A DNA stretch of 64,000 nt from Promethearchaeota archaeon (GTDB lineage Archaea; Asgardarchaeota; Lokiarchaeia; Sigyniarchaeales; SOKP01): positions 55,113-119,112 of the forward strand of contig JAHPZJ010000017.1 in NCBI GenBank assembly GCA_019058245.1, in the 5' to 3' direction. Made by a program: the position numbers and the translations under genes. The first letter of the stretch is position 1. Every line of letters begins with the position of its first letter. The notes under the pieces were generated by a model. That model made no database searches. It saw only the letters and a list, made by a program, of their open reading frames with translations, and was not told the origin of the DNA. Below, piece by piece: positions 30,089 to 39,733 of the stretch.

Positions 30089-32011
30089 ATGAGTAAAACT
30101 AAAGAAATACCTGTTCCTGATAAAGTTATGGGTTTTAGTCAAGTAAGACTTGATGTAGACTTGAAAAATGGGAAGATTAGTAAATCAACATTATCTAATG
30201 ATTTCTGTCGCGATTGGATCGGAGGATATGGATTTGGTGCTAAAGTCTTATGGGATGAATGTCCTGCAGGTGTTGATCCTTTAAGTCCAGAAAACGTATT
30301 TATATATGCGCATGGTCCATTTCCAGGTACTATCTTACCAACAAGTTCTAAATATGGTGTATTTGCTAAATCTCCATTAACTAATATGTTTGGTATGGCA
30401 ATATCTTCTGGATCAGTTGCCGCTCAAGCTCGTCGAGCTGGTGTCAATATGATCGTTTTTAAAGATAAAGCGCCAGAACTTTCATATATGGTTGTGGATG
30501 ATGATGATTATTATATTGTTCCATGCCCTGAACTTGCGGGAAAAGGTTGTTGGGAAACTGAAGAAATCCTGCGAGAAGAATTTCAAGATTACAGATTAGC
30601 GGTTTTATCGATGGGTCCAGCTGGAGAACGAATGAGCAGAATGGCATGTATAACCAATGATCGTAATAGACAGGCAGGGAGAACCGGAATGGGTGCTGTT
30701 ATGGGCTCTAAAAATCTTAAAGCTGTATGCTTTAGAGGTACAAAAGGTATAAAGGTTGCTCAACCCGTTGAATTTTATAAGCTAGCGAAAAAATTAATTA
30801 AGGTTGCTAATGGTCCTGCTACTGCCAAATATCGAGATTTAGGTACTCCTTCAGGTTTGACAAGCTATAATAAGTTGGGAATGATGCCAACATTTAATCA
30901 TCGCGAAGGAACCTGGGAAAAAATTGATGATGGAACTTTTACAGGAGAAACACTCAATAATGACTGGGTAGTGAAAAAGGTTGCATGTTCTCAATGTTCA
31001 ATTGCATGTGATCATATTACTAAGGTACCAAAAACACACCCTCATTGGCCTAACTTATATGCCAGTATTGATGTTGAACTATGTTATGGGTTCGGTACTG
31101 CTACAGGATGCTATGATTGGCCTACAGTATTTAAATGTGTTCAATTATGTGATGATTTAGGGATTGATGCCATTTCTGGAGGTGTAACTGCAGCAATGGC
31201 ATGTGAGTTATATGATATAGGGATGATCACTGAAAAGGAGTTGGGCTATGAATTACCTTTTGGATCAACTGTAAATCTTGTAAAATTCACAGAGGAAATG
31301 ATACTTGGTAAGGGTTTTGCAGGAGAAATATTTGGTGATGGTACTAAACAAGCAGGTATACGATTAGAAGAAATGGGTAAAAAAAATGCTGGATATTATG
31401 GCATGCATATAAAAGGTTTAGAAATGCCTGCATTTGATCTTCATGGAATGTCCTCATTCGCTGTTGGAGAAAGTGTTTCAATAAGAGGAGCATGTCATTT
31501 AAGAAATGGATCTTATGGGCTTGATGCTAAGGGGAATTTTGATAGATTCGCTTACGATAAACCTCTTGAAAGAGGAAAGGCCATCAAGGATCTGGAAGAC
31601 ATTTACGCTATTATAGATTCATATATTGTGTGTAAATTCACACGAGGAATTTATGAAGATGATGCTGAAATGGCAAAAGTTTTTGAACTTGTCACTGGAA
31701 TTCCAGTTACTGAAGAATTTATTCAACATAGAGGAAATGCAATCGTAAATCTTTCAAAATGCTTTAACATTCGACAAGGATGGACACGAGACGATGATCA
31801 TCCCCCTGAAAGATTCTTTAAAGAAGCACATACAAAAGGACCAGCAAAGGGAGTGACATTGAAAGAAGATGGATACCAAAAATTATTAAGTGGCTATTAT
31901 GAAGCTCGAGGTTGGGATACAAAAACAGGAATTCCCACTGATGAAACTTTGAAATCATTAGGATTAGATTTTGTAATTGGTAAATTAAAATCTACTGGAG
32001 GGAAGAAATAG
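30089..32011 (+). CDS. aor: Tungsten-dependent aldehyde:ferredoxin oxidoreductase family protein
   Basis: DPLSPEN, KSPLT, AGRTGMGAVMGSKNLKA, ACSQCSIAC, CDDLGIDAIS, KGLEMPAFD, RGACH, YYEARGWD. Confidence 0.93.
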   Translation: MSKTKEIPVPDKVMGFSQVRLDVDLKNGKISKSTLSNDFCRDWIGGYGFGAKVLWDECPAGVDPLSPENVFIYAHGPFPGTILPTSSKYGVFAKSPLTNMFGMAISSGSVAAQARRAGVNMIVFKDKAPELSYMVVDDDDYYIVPCPELAGKGCWETEEILREEFQDYRLAVLSMGPAGERMSRMACITNDRNRQAGRTGMGAVMGSKNLKAVCFRGTKGIKVAQPVEFYKLAKKLIKVANGPATAKYRDLGTPSGLTSYNKLGMMPTFNHREGTWEKIDDGTFTGETLNNDWVVKKVACSQCSIACDHITKVPKTHPHWPNLYASIDVELCYGFGTATGCYDWPTVFKCVQLCDDLGIDAISGGVTAAMACELYDIGMITEKELGYELPFGSTVNLVKFTEEMILGKGFAGEIFGDGTKQAGIRLEEMGKKNAGYYGMHIKGLEMPAFDLHGMSSFAVGESVSIRGACHLRNGSYGLDAKGNFDRFAYDKPLERGKAIKDLEDIYAIIDSYIVCKFTRGIYEDDAEMAKVFELVTGIPVTEEFIQHRGNAIVNLSKCFNIRQGWTRDDDHPPERFFKEAHTKGPAKGVTLKEDGYQKLLSGYYEARGWDTKTGIPTDETLKSLGLDFVIGKLKSTGGKK

Positions 32012-32572
32012 ATGTCAAAAGTAAAAACAACTAAAAAAAGAGGTGGAGTTGTACACCAATTCATAGTTGTTGATCCTGACTTATGCACAGGTTGCGAAAC
32101 TTGCGAATCTGTTTGTTCATTTGTCCATGATGGAGAATTTAATCCTATAAATACAAGAATTCATAGAGTTCGGATTGAACCAATCTTAAATGTCGCATTA
32201 GCATGCCAAAAGTGTGACGATGCACCATGTGTTCGAAGTTGTCCTGAAAAAGCCTTAGAACAAGATAAAGAAACAGGTTCAATTATAGTAGATGACGATA
32301 AATGTAATGGGTGTGCTTTTTGTATTCGTGCCTGTGATTTTGGTGTATTAAGTTTACATATTCAATCCCAAAAAGCTTTAATTTGTGACCTCTGTGAAAC
32401 CATGAAGGATGATTTTATAGATCCTGAACGGGGTGAAAAATATCCTGCTTGTATTGATGTTTGCCCAAAAGAAGCTATCTCATTAAAAGATGTTGAACAA
32501 ATAGGGGAAGAAAAGCGTATTGATGCTGTAAAGAGGTTATTTCGGGAGATAATAGAGGAAACTAAGGCGTAA
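32012..32572 (+). CDS. 4Fe-4S dicluster protein (AOR-associated polyferredoxin subunit)
   Basis: CTGCETCESVC, CQKCDDAPCVRSCP, CNGCAFCIRAC, CDLC...PACIDVCP; GGAGG upstream. Confidence 0.9.
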   Translation: MSKVKTTKKRGGVVHQFIVVDPDLCTGCETCESVCSFVHDGEFNPINTRIHRVRIEPILNVALACQKCDDAPCVRSCPEKALEQDKETGSIIVDDDKCNGCAFCIRACDFGVLSLHIQSQKALICDLCETMKDDFIDPERGEKYPACIDVCPKEAISLKDVEQIGEEKRIDAVKRLFREIIEETKA

Positions 32573-32698
32573 AGCAAATTTTTTTTAATATCCTTTATTT
32601 TTTATTCTAATTTTTTAAATTACTATTAAACACTAATTCATATTATATTTTTATACTTGTTATGAAAGGTTATATCTTTCTCAACATAGGTAATTATT

Positions 32699-33166
32699 AT
32701 GTACTCCATAAGAAAAGCTAATTTTGATGATATAGATAAACTGATAGAATTACGTATTGAATTTTTAAAAGAGATTCAAGATTCTCTGAACAATATGGAA
32801 ATGAAAATATTCCAAAAATCTCTTAGAGATTTTTTTCTTGAGAAAATGAAATCTAATGAATATATATCTTGGTTGGCTGAAAATGAGAATAAAATAATAG
32901 CGACAAGTGGTTTATCTTTTTTACAAAGACCTCCTTATTTTCTAAATATAACCGGAAAATTTGCTTACATTATGAATATGTATACTAAACCTACATGGCG
33001 TAGAAAAGGAATTGGCTCAGCATTACTCGAGAAATTAATTAAAGAAATTAAAAGAAAAGGAATACAATTGGTAGTTTTACATGCAACACCCTCTGGTATA
33101 AAATTATATGAAAAATATGGTTTTAGAGGAAGTGATAGTGATAAAGAAATGATATTAAAATTATAA
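32699..33166 (+). CDS. GNAT family N-acetyltransferase
   Basis: YIMNMYTKPTWRRKGIGSALL, LHAT..G..LYEKYGF. Confidence 0.9.
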   Translation: MYSIRKANFDDIDKLIELRIEFLKEIQDSLNNMEMKIFQKSLRDFFLEKMKSNEYISWLAENENKIIATSGLSFLQRPPYFLNITGKFAYIMNMYTKPTWRRKGIGSALLEKLIKEIKRKGIQLVVLHATPSGIKLYEKYGFRGSDSDKEMILKL

Positions 33167-33452
33167 TTTAGCATACTGATTTTTAAATTCATAAAATATG
33201 ATGAGGTATGATATTACTTACTATGTTTTTTCATTAAACTTCCTTGTCTATTAATTTTTAAGAGGAAAATTGATCGAAATTGATAGATTTTTATGAAAAA
33301 ATATGCGGAATTGTTAATTTTGTAATTAAAATATTAATGATGTTCGTTTGTTTTTTTCTTTTAAGTCTTTAAGGTAAGAGAATTATTGTCAACTCTGTAA
33401 AGATTAATGATAGTGAAATTACAAGATATAATAATTTAATTTTAATAATATA

Positions 33453-33529
33453 GACTATTTACTTTATCATTAGTATTTCTGGGATTAGGATAAAATACTA
33501 ATCCAAGAAATAATCGATCTGTAAAAGTT
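33453..33529 (+). promoter_or_regulatory. Long imperfect hairpin in the hdrA 5' leader
   Basis: TATTTCT-G-GGATTAG (33474-33488) pairs with CTAATCC-A-AGAAATA (33498-33512); outer GACT/AGTT and TTTAC/GTAAA pairing; directly followed by GGAGG and GGTGA motifs. Confidence 0.4.
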
Positions 33530-33559
33530 AGGAGGTTAGACTAACTAAAGGTGAGAAAT

Positions 33560-35536
33560 ATGTCTGATAAACAGACCAATGAAAAAAATAACGAAGATCA
33601 ACCAAGAATAGGTGTGTTTGTATGCCATTGAGGTATCAATATCGCAGGAATCTTAGACATACCAAAGATAGTCGAAGAAATAAATAAATTAGATAATGTT
33701 TGGGCTTATCCATATTTATCATTATGTACTGAAGGTGGTTCCACCGAGATCAAAGAAAAACATGAAGAAATTAAATTTAATAGAGTTTTGGTCGCTGCTT
33801 GCACTCCAAAAACACATCAACCTGTTTTCCATGCAATATTGACAGAGATGGGTTTACCTCCAAGATACTTGGAATTTGTAAACATTCGAGAACATTGTTC
33901 TTTTGTACATCAAGCTCCAGAAGTACGTGAAAAAGCTACTCTAAAAGCTATTGAATTAATTAGAGCTGGGATTGCCAGAGCAAAATTATTAGAAGATGTC
34001 CCAACAAAAACCGTACCAGTAGAACCAGCAGCTTTAGTAGTAGGTGGAGGAATTGCTGGTTTGTCTGCTGCTATAGATTTAGGTGATGTGGGATATAAAG
34101 TCTATTTAGTTGAAAAGAATACAACTATAGGAGGACGTATGTCCCAACTTGATAGAACTTTCCCTACAGATGATTGTTCTATATGAATATTGGGACCAAA
34201 AATGCTTGAAGCTAACCGTCATCCAAATATAGAAATCTTATCTTACAGTGAAGTAGATAAAATTGATGGATATATTGGGAATTTCGAAGTTAAAGTAAGA
34301 AAGAAGGCTCGATTTGTTCTTGAGGATAAATGTACAGGTTGTGGTACTTGTACAGATGTATGCCCCGTTTACATAAGTAATTACTTTGATGAGCATCTTT
34401 CAGCAAGAAAGGTTATCGATATTGCATTTGCACAAGCAGTTCCCGCAATATCACAACTTGATAGAGCAGCATGTATCGAATGTTTTGCATGTGTAGATGC
34501 TTGCGAACAATCAGCTATAGATTTTAGCCAGCAAGATGAAATCGTAGAACTTAAAATTGGCACGATAATAGTTGCCACTGGTTGGGATCTTTACCAAGGA
34601 GATGACTATGGATATGGTATTTATGACAATGTAATTAATCAAATAGAATTAGAGAGGATTCTTGCTCCAAATGGTCCAACTTATGGTCATTTAAAGCGCC
34701 CTTCTGATGGTAAACGTCCTTCAAAAGTGCTCTTTATTAATTGTGTTGGATCAAGAGATATCAATAAAAATGCTCATTGTAGTGTAATTTGTTGTAATCT
34801 CTCTCTAAAAAATTCTAAACTTATCAAATCAGAATATCCAGATTCACAAATTGTTTGCGTATACATAGATATGAGATGCGCTGGTAAAGACTATGAAGAA
34901 TACTATAGAAGATCTCGGGATGCGGGAATTATTTTTGTTAAAGGATTAGTGGGAAAAATTGAAGAAGATCCGCTAACAAAAAACCTTAAAGTACAGTTTG
35001 AGCCAGTTGGAACAGATTCTGTTGTTTCTATGGAATTCCATATGGTGGTATTGTCGTCTGCTTCACTTCCATCTAAAGGTACAGTTGAAATTGCTAAAGT
35101 ATTAAATATGGAAAAAAGTCCTGACGGATTTTTAAAAGAATATCATGCGCGCCTTGATCCTATTAGTACAAAAGTACCTGGAATATATATCTGTGGCTCT
35201 GCTCAAGGTCAGAAAGAGATTGATAAAGCAGTAAGTCAAGCTCGAGGAGCAGCATCCGTAGCAGGTATTCCAATGAGTAAAGGAGAATATACTATGGAAT
35301 TAATTCGAGCCACTCCATCAGATGAAAGATGTGCAAAATGCTATAAATGCATAGAGGCTTGTCCATATAGTGCAATCTCTGTGAATGAACAAGGAAATAT
35401 TGTTGTTAACCTGATCAATTGTCGAGGATGTGGAACTTGTGCATCTTTATGTCCTTCGAAAGCTATTGAGCTAAGGTACTTTAGAGATGATCAATATATG
35501 GCAATAATAGATGAATTATTACCAATAGAGGAATAA
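33560..35536 (+). CDS. hdrA: Heterodisulfide reductase subunit A, selenoprotein (2 Sec, 658 aa)
   Basis: ATG 33560 preceded by GGTGA. In-frame TGA 33629-33631 gives RIGVFVCH-U-GINIAG (canonical CHCG); in-frame TGA 34184-34186 gives FPTDDCSI-U-ILGPKM (canonical DCxxCIL). Joins track ORFs 33788-34186 and 34190-35536 in one frame. Confidence 0.93.
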
Positions 35537-35549
35537 AGAGGTAAAGAAA

Positions 35550-36008
35550 ATGGCAGAAACAAATGATATTAAAATAATTGTTTATGCTTGTTGGAAATGA
35601 GGATATGGTTCAGCGGATATGGCAGGTACTATTCGAGCTCAGTATCCAGATTCGATTCGAAATATATTGGTACCTTGCTCTGGACGTGTAGGACCAGATC
35701 TGATAATGCGAGCATTAGGAAGAGGTGCAGATGGCGTAGTTATTAATGCTTGATATCCTGGTGAATGCGATTATGAGACAGGAAATTACCATGCATATAG
35801 ACAAGTAGAATACATTAAAGAAATTTTAAAAATCGTTGGCATGAGTCCAAATAGGTTAAAAATAATCTATTGTACCGCTGCTGAAGGTCAGAAATTTCAA
35901 AATGAAGCTATTGAAATGGATAAAACTATCCGTAAATTAGGGCCAAGTCCTCTACGTACGAAAAGCACACCTAAAAAAGAAAAAGCTAAAGCAAAAGCTA
36001 AAGCTTAA
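35550..36008 (+). CDS. mvhD: MvhD/VhuD [2Fe-2S] hydrogenase-Hdr connector subunit, selenoprotein (2 Sec, 152 aa)
   Basis: MAETNDIKIIVYACWK-U-GYGSADMAG...QYP...VPCSGRV...GADGVVINA-U-YPGECDYETGN...AAEGQKF...LGPSPL. TGA at 35598-35600 and 35751-35753 align to Fe-S ligand Cys positions. Absent from the ORF track. Confidence 0.92.
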
Positions 36009-36014
36009 AAAATA

Positions 36015-36088
36015 ATGTGTTTACTAATGAAACTGGGTTAAAAAAAATGAGAACTCAGTTGAAGAAATGGGTGCACCATATAACACAT
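36015..36088 (+). promoter_or_regulatory. Eukaryote-like SECIS element in the mvhD 3' region
   Basis: ATGA (36027-36030), then stem AACTGGGTT/AACTCAGTT (36031-36039/36052-36060), A-rich apical loop AAAAAAAATGAG, and 3' GA (36061-36062). Lower helix ATGTGTT/AACACAT (36015-36021/36082-36088). Confidence 0.85.
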
Positions 36089-36195
36089 AAAAATATTATA
36101 AATAAATTAAAACTAAAAATTTAAAATTAATATCAAAAATTTTGGGAAATTTAAGAAAAAATAATCATATAGTATAAAGTTAGAGTTGGAAATAC

Positions 36196-37335
36196 ATGGA
36201 TGCAATTGCAGAATATTTAATAAAGATAGAAGATTTCTCTAAAATCTTGACAGCTTTATTAAAAGAAAAAGCAGTGGATAAAATAATCGGAGCTGAATTG
36301 AGAGTTGATAAAAAATCTGGAAATATTGATAGATTTACCGTTCAACCAAAATTAGTAGAAAAAGAAGAAGATCTAAAAGATTTTCCATTAACTCCTTTAA
36401 TTGCATTTGGATATGCAAGAACGGATTCTGCTTCAAAATTTTTGCATAAATCCGTTGCAGGTGCAATGAATGAAAAAATAGGGCTTATCGCACGACCGTG
36501 TGACACTAGAGCCTTAATAGAACTTGCAAAAATAAAACAAGTAAACCTCGATAATCTTTTTATAATTGGTCTTGAAGATAGAGGTATGCTTCCTAAAGCA
36601 GGAAGAGAAATGAGAGCAATTAAGGATGTTGATCCAACTAAAATTGTAAAAGAAAAGGTTGGAGATAACGGTCTAATTGTGAAAATGGAAGATGGAAGTA
36701 CAAAAGAATTTAATCTTTCGGTTGCCGAGAATTGTCTGAGATGTTATCGTAAAATCCCTACAATCGCTGATTTGACGGTTAGTGATCTTGGAATTCCAAT
36801 AGATTCAGATGAGATTATCTTGAAAGTATATTCCGAAAAAGGTAGTGAAATTTTAGATAAATCAGGAATTAAAACTAAACAACTTCCAGATAAAGAGAAA
36901 AAGGCTCATTTAGATAAATATAACGAAATTATTGAAAAAGCAAAAGAAAAACGAGCAAAAGATTTAGAAGAATGGAGTAAAATTCCTCAAAAAGAAAAGA
37001 TAGCAGAACTTCTTAAATGCACTATGTGTAATACTTGCATAAGAGGGTGCCCTGTTTGCTATTGTGTGGACTGTATTTTACAGAAAAAGAGGAAAGATAA
37101 GAATATTGATAAAGCTACTTACCAATTAACACGAATAGCGCATGTTGCTGATAGATGCGTAGAATGTGGAAACTGCGATAATAATTGTCCTCAAAATCTG
37201 CCATTATCTCTCTATTTTCAGTCATTAAATGATACTTTTAAAGAAAAATTTAGTCATGAAGCAGGGATGTCTGTTAATGATATTCCATTTCGATCTGGAA
37301 AAGCAATTTCCCAGATGGAATTAGAGAAAACATAA
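36196..37335 (+). CDS. FrhB/FdhB-like F420-binding beta subunit with C-terminal 4Fe-4S dicluster
   Basis: ARPCDTRALIELAKIKQVNLDNL, NCLRC, ADLTV, CTMCNTCIRGCPVCYCVDC, RIAHVADRCVECGNCDNNCP. Confidence 0.85.
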   Translation: MDAIAEYLIKIEDFSKILTALLKEKAVDKIIGAELRVDKKSGNIDRFTVQPKLVEKEEDLKDFPLTPLIAFGYARTDSASKFLHKSVAGAMNEKIGLIARPCDTRALIELAKIKQVNLDNLFIIGLEDRGMLPKAGREMRAIKDVDPTKIVKEKVGDNGLIVKMEDGSTKEFNLSVAENCLRCYRKIPTIADLTVSDLGIPIDSDEIILKVYSEKGSEILDKSGIKTKQLPDKEKKAHLDKYNEIIEKAKEKRAKDLEEWSKIPQKEKIAELLKCTMCNTCIRGCPVCYCVDCILQKKRKDKNIDKATYQLTRIAHVADRCVECGNCDNNCPQNLPLSLYFQSLNDTFKEKFSHEAGMSVNDIPFRSGKAISQMELEKT

Positions 37336-37541
37336 ACTATATTTTTTTAATTCTTTATTTTATAATTTTATTAAAATAATAAAGATCTTTTTTAGAGAAA
37401 TAATTCCTTTTTCGTAAAAAGATATGTATAAATAGTGGATTTTTTTTCTCTTTTACAAGAAAAAATTTTCGTATTTAAGAGAATTTGCCCAAAAGTAATT
37501 AAAAAGATAAAAAAAATTCCTGTGTATTTAAAACTAAAAAT

Positions 37542-38438
37542 GTGATTCTTATGTTATTACAACTTTCACAATATCAAGAACTAATACTTAACGAAATACT
37601 ACAGACTATAGCTATTTTATCTTTGATAATAGTTATTTCTTATCCAATATTAAAAAAAAAAGGAAAAGGAATAAAATCTGCTGAATTTAGGGTTAGTTTC
37701 ATGATAATTACATCGGTAATGGTAATGATAGTAATGATAAAAATAATAGATTTTTTTGATAAATCTGCTATAGCTCAAGGTTTTGGTTATATCTTTGGAA
37801 TTAGTTATATGATAATGAGCCTATTCCTTTCTGTTAGGATAATTTTTCGAACAAACAATAAATTGGATAATCTATTGAACAATATAATTAAATCAAGTTC
37901 AGAAGTAGCTATCAATGTGGCTAACATTGCGGCAGAATTAGCTGCTAATGCTAGTGAGATAAATGCAGCATCCGAAGAGATTGCAGCATCTACAGCTGAA
38001 ACAACAAGCCTTACACAAGGAATTATAAGAGCTTCAAGTGAGATAAATAATGTAAATGAGCTAATTACAAGCATAGCTGACCAAACAAATCTATTGGCGT
38101 TAAATGCCAGTATTGAAGCGGGTAGAGCTGGTGAACATGGGAGGGGATTTGCTGTTGTAGCAGATGAGGTTCGAAAACTTGCAGAAGAATCAAAAAGAGC
38201 AGTGAGTAATACTGGTAGTAAGATTACAGATATAATAAAAAATATACACCTGTCCTTTAATAATATGGAAGGAATAAGTTCGGCATCTGAACAACAAAGT
38301 GCTTCTATGGAAGAGATTTCTGCAACTGCAAACAAATTAGGTACACTGGCAGAAAATTTAAAGGACACTTTGAAAGTAGCAGAGGAACCAACTAAGCAAA
38401 AAAAGAAAATTACCTTAAAAGCAATAAGGAAGCATTAA
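37542..38438 (+). CDS. Methyl-accepting chemotaxis-like membrane protein (1 of 2)
   Basis: Three N-terminal hydrophobic helices plus [38 protein letters not shown] signalling hairpin. Confidence 0.9.
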   Translation: MILMLLQLSQYQELILNEILQTIAILSLIIVISYPILKKKGKGIKSAEFRVSFMIITSVMVMIVMIKIIDFFDKSAIAQGFGYIFGISYMIMSLFLSVRIIFRTNNKLDNLLNNIIKSSSEVAINVANIAAELAANASEINAASEEIAASTAETTSLTQGIIRASSEINNVNELITSIADQTNLLALNASIEAGRAGEHGRGFAVVADEVRKLAEESKRAVSNTGSKITDIIKNIHLSFNNMEGISSASEQQSASMEEISATANKLGTLAENLKDTLKVAEEPTKQKKKITLKAIRKH

Positions 38439-39592
38439 AATCAGTCAGATGAAAAGTCTGCCAAGAAGTAAAAATAGAATATTTTATTTTTTATAGGTAT
38501 GAACTAAGACGACTACTTTTTTTAAGGAATAATATTTCAATTAGAGATTTTGATTCTGATTATTAAAAAAAGTTTTTTTCAATTATCAGTACGTCTATTT
38601 TTCATATAGCATATATTTATATAGTCTTTTTTTTATGTTTTTTATGCAATTTTTATCAAAAAAACAAGTTTTTATTGAAAATTGCTATTTTATGATACTT
38701 TTTTATAAAAAAATTAGTTACCGTCAAATAAAACTAGGAAATTTAAGTAATAATTAAAAGGATAAATATGATCTTACAAGGGATTAATACTGAAGAAATT
38801 TTTAATTTTTTATCACCTCTATTATTTTTTTGTGTTCTAATGATTGTTTTTTATCTAGTCATCAAAAAACGGGGAAAGGGAATAAAATCTAATGAATTTA
38901 AAGTTATCCTCATGTTCTTTATTTCGCTTATGATAATGGCATATATGACAAGGATTGCATTTTTATACTTTCCTGATAATATGACGGCTCAAGTGGTTGT
39001 TCAGTTAATTGGAATCTCTTTTATAGGAGTAAATGCGTTTTTAATTATTAGAATTATTAATAACACTGATAATAAACTAGATGATTTAACGAATAATGTA
39101 ATCAAATCAAGCTCAGAAGTAGCAATTAATGTTGCTAACATTGCAACAGAATTAGCTGCTAATGCTAGTGAAGTAAATGCAGCATCTGAAGAGATTGCAG
39201 CATCTACAGCAGAGACAACAAGCCTTACAGAAAAAATTATGAGAGCTTCAAGTGAAATAAATAATGTCAATGAGTTAATTACAAGCATAGCAGATCAAAC
39301 AAATCTTTTAGCGTTAAATGCCAGTATTGAAGCAGGTAGAGCTGGTGAACATGGAAGAGGTTTTGCGGTCGTCGCGGATGAAGTTAGAAAGTTAGCAGAA
39401 GAATCCAAAAGAGCCGTCAGTAATACTGGCAATAAAATTACAGACATAATTAAAAACATACAGGTTTCCTTTAATAATATGGAAGGAATTAGTGCTGCTG
39501 CTGAACAACAAAGTGCTTCTATGGAAGAGATCACTGCAACTGCAAATAAATTAGGAACTTTGGCTGAAAATCTAAAAGACACTTTGAAAGTA
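37890..39592 (+). repeat. Duplicated ~489-bp MCP signalling-domain segment (37890-38378 and 39104-39592)
   Basis: Colinear, equal-length and highly similar at the DNA level; the N-terminal membrane parts are much more diverged. Confidence 0.8.
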
Positions 39593-39664
39593 AAAGAAGA
39601 TTTAAATGAGAAAAAAAAGAAGACAACTTTATTATCAAAAATTAAATCCTCAGTGAACATCTAA
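38768..39664 (+). CDS. Methyl-accepting chemotaxis-like membrane protein (2 of 2)
   Basis: Same architecture and same length (298 aa) as 37542-38438. Confidence 0.9.
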   Translation: MILQGINTEEIFNFLSPLLFFCVLMIVFYLVIKKRGKGIKSNEFKVILMFFISLMIMAYMTRIAFLYFPDNMTAQVVVQLIGISFIGVNAFLIIRIINNTDNKLDDLTNNVIKSSSEVAINVANIATELAANASEVNAASEEIAASTAETTSLTEKIMRASSEINNVNELITSIADQTNLLALNASIEAGRAGEHGRGFAVVADEVRKLAEESKRAVSNTGNKITDIIKNIQVSFNNMEGISAAAEQQSASMEEITATANKLGTLAENLKDTLKVKEDLNEKKKKTTLLSKIKSSVNI

Positions 39665-39733
39665 TAAACGCAAGAAAACATATTCTAGTCGTTTATATAT
39701 AGGTACTTAGTAAGTAAGGAAATAAGTAAAAAA

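Noticed and set aside
32009-32014. TAG readthrough (pyrrolysine) fusing AOR to its ferredoxin (TAG directly followed by in-frame ATG)
   Set aside because: AOR is already full length, a GGAGG motif precedes the ATG, and the same stop-start juxtaposition occurs with TAA at 1226-1231; translational coupling is the simpler explanation.
33560-36008. hdrA/mvhD as nonsense-mutated pseudogenes
   Set aside because: All four interruptions are TGA, all are in frame, all fall on conserved Cys positions, and a SECIS-like hairpin follows; this pattern fits Sec recoding.
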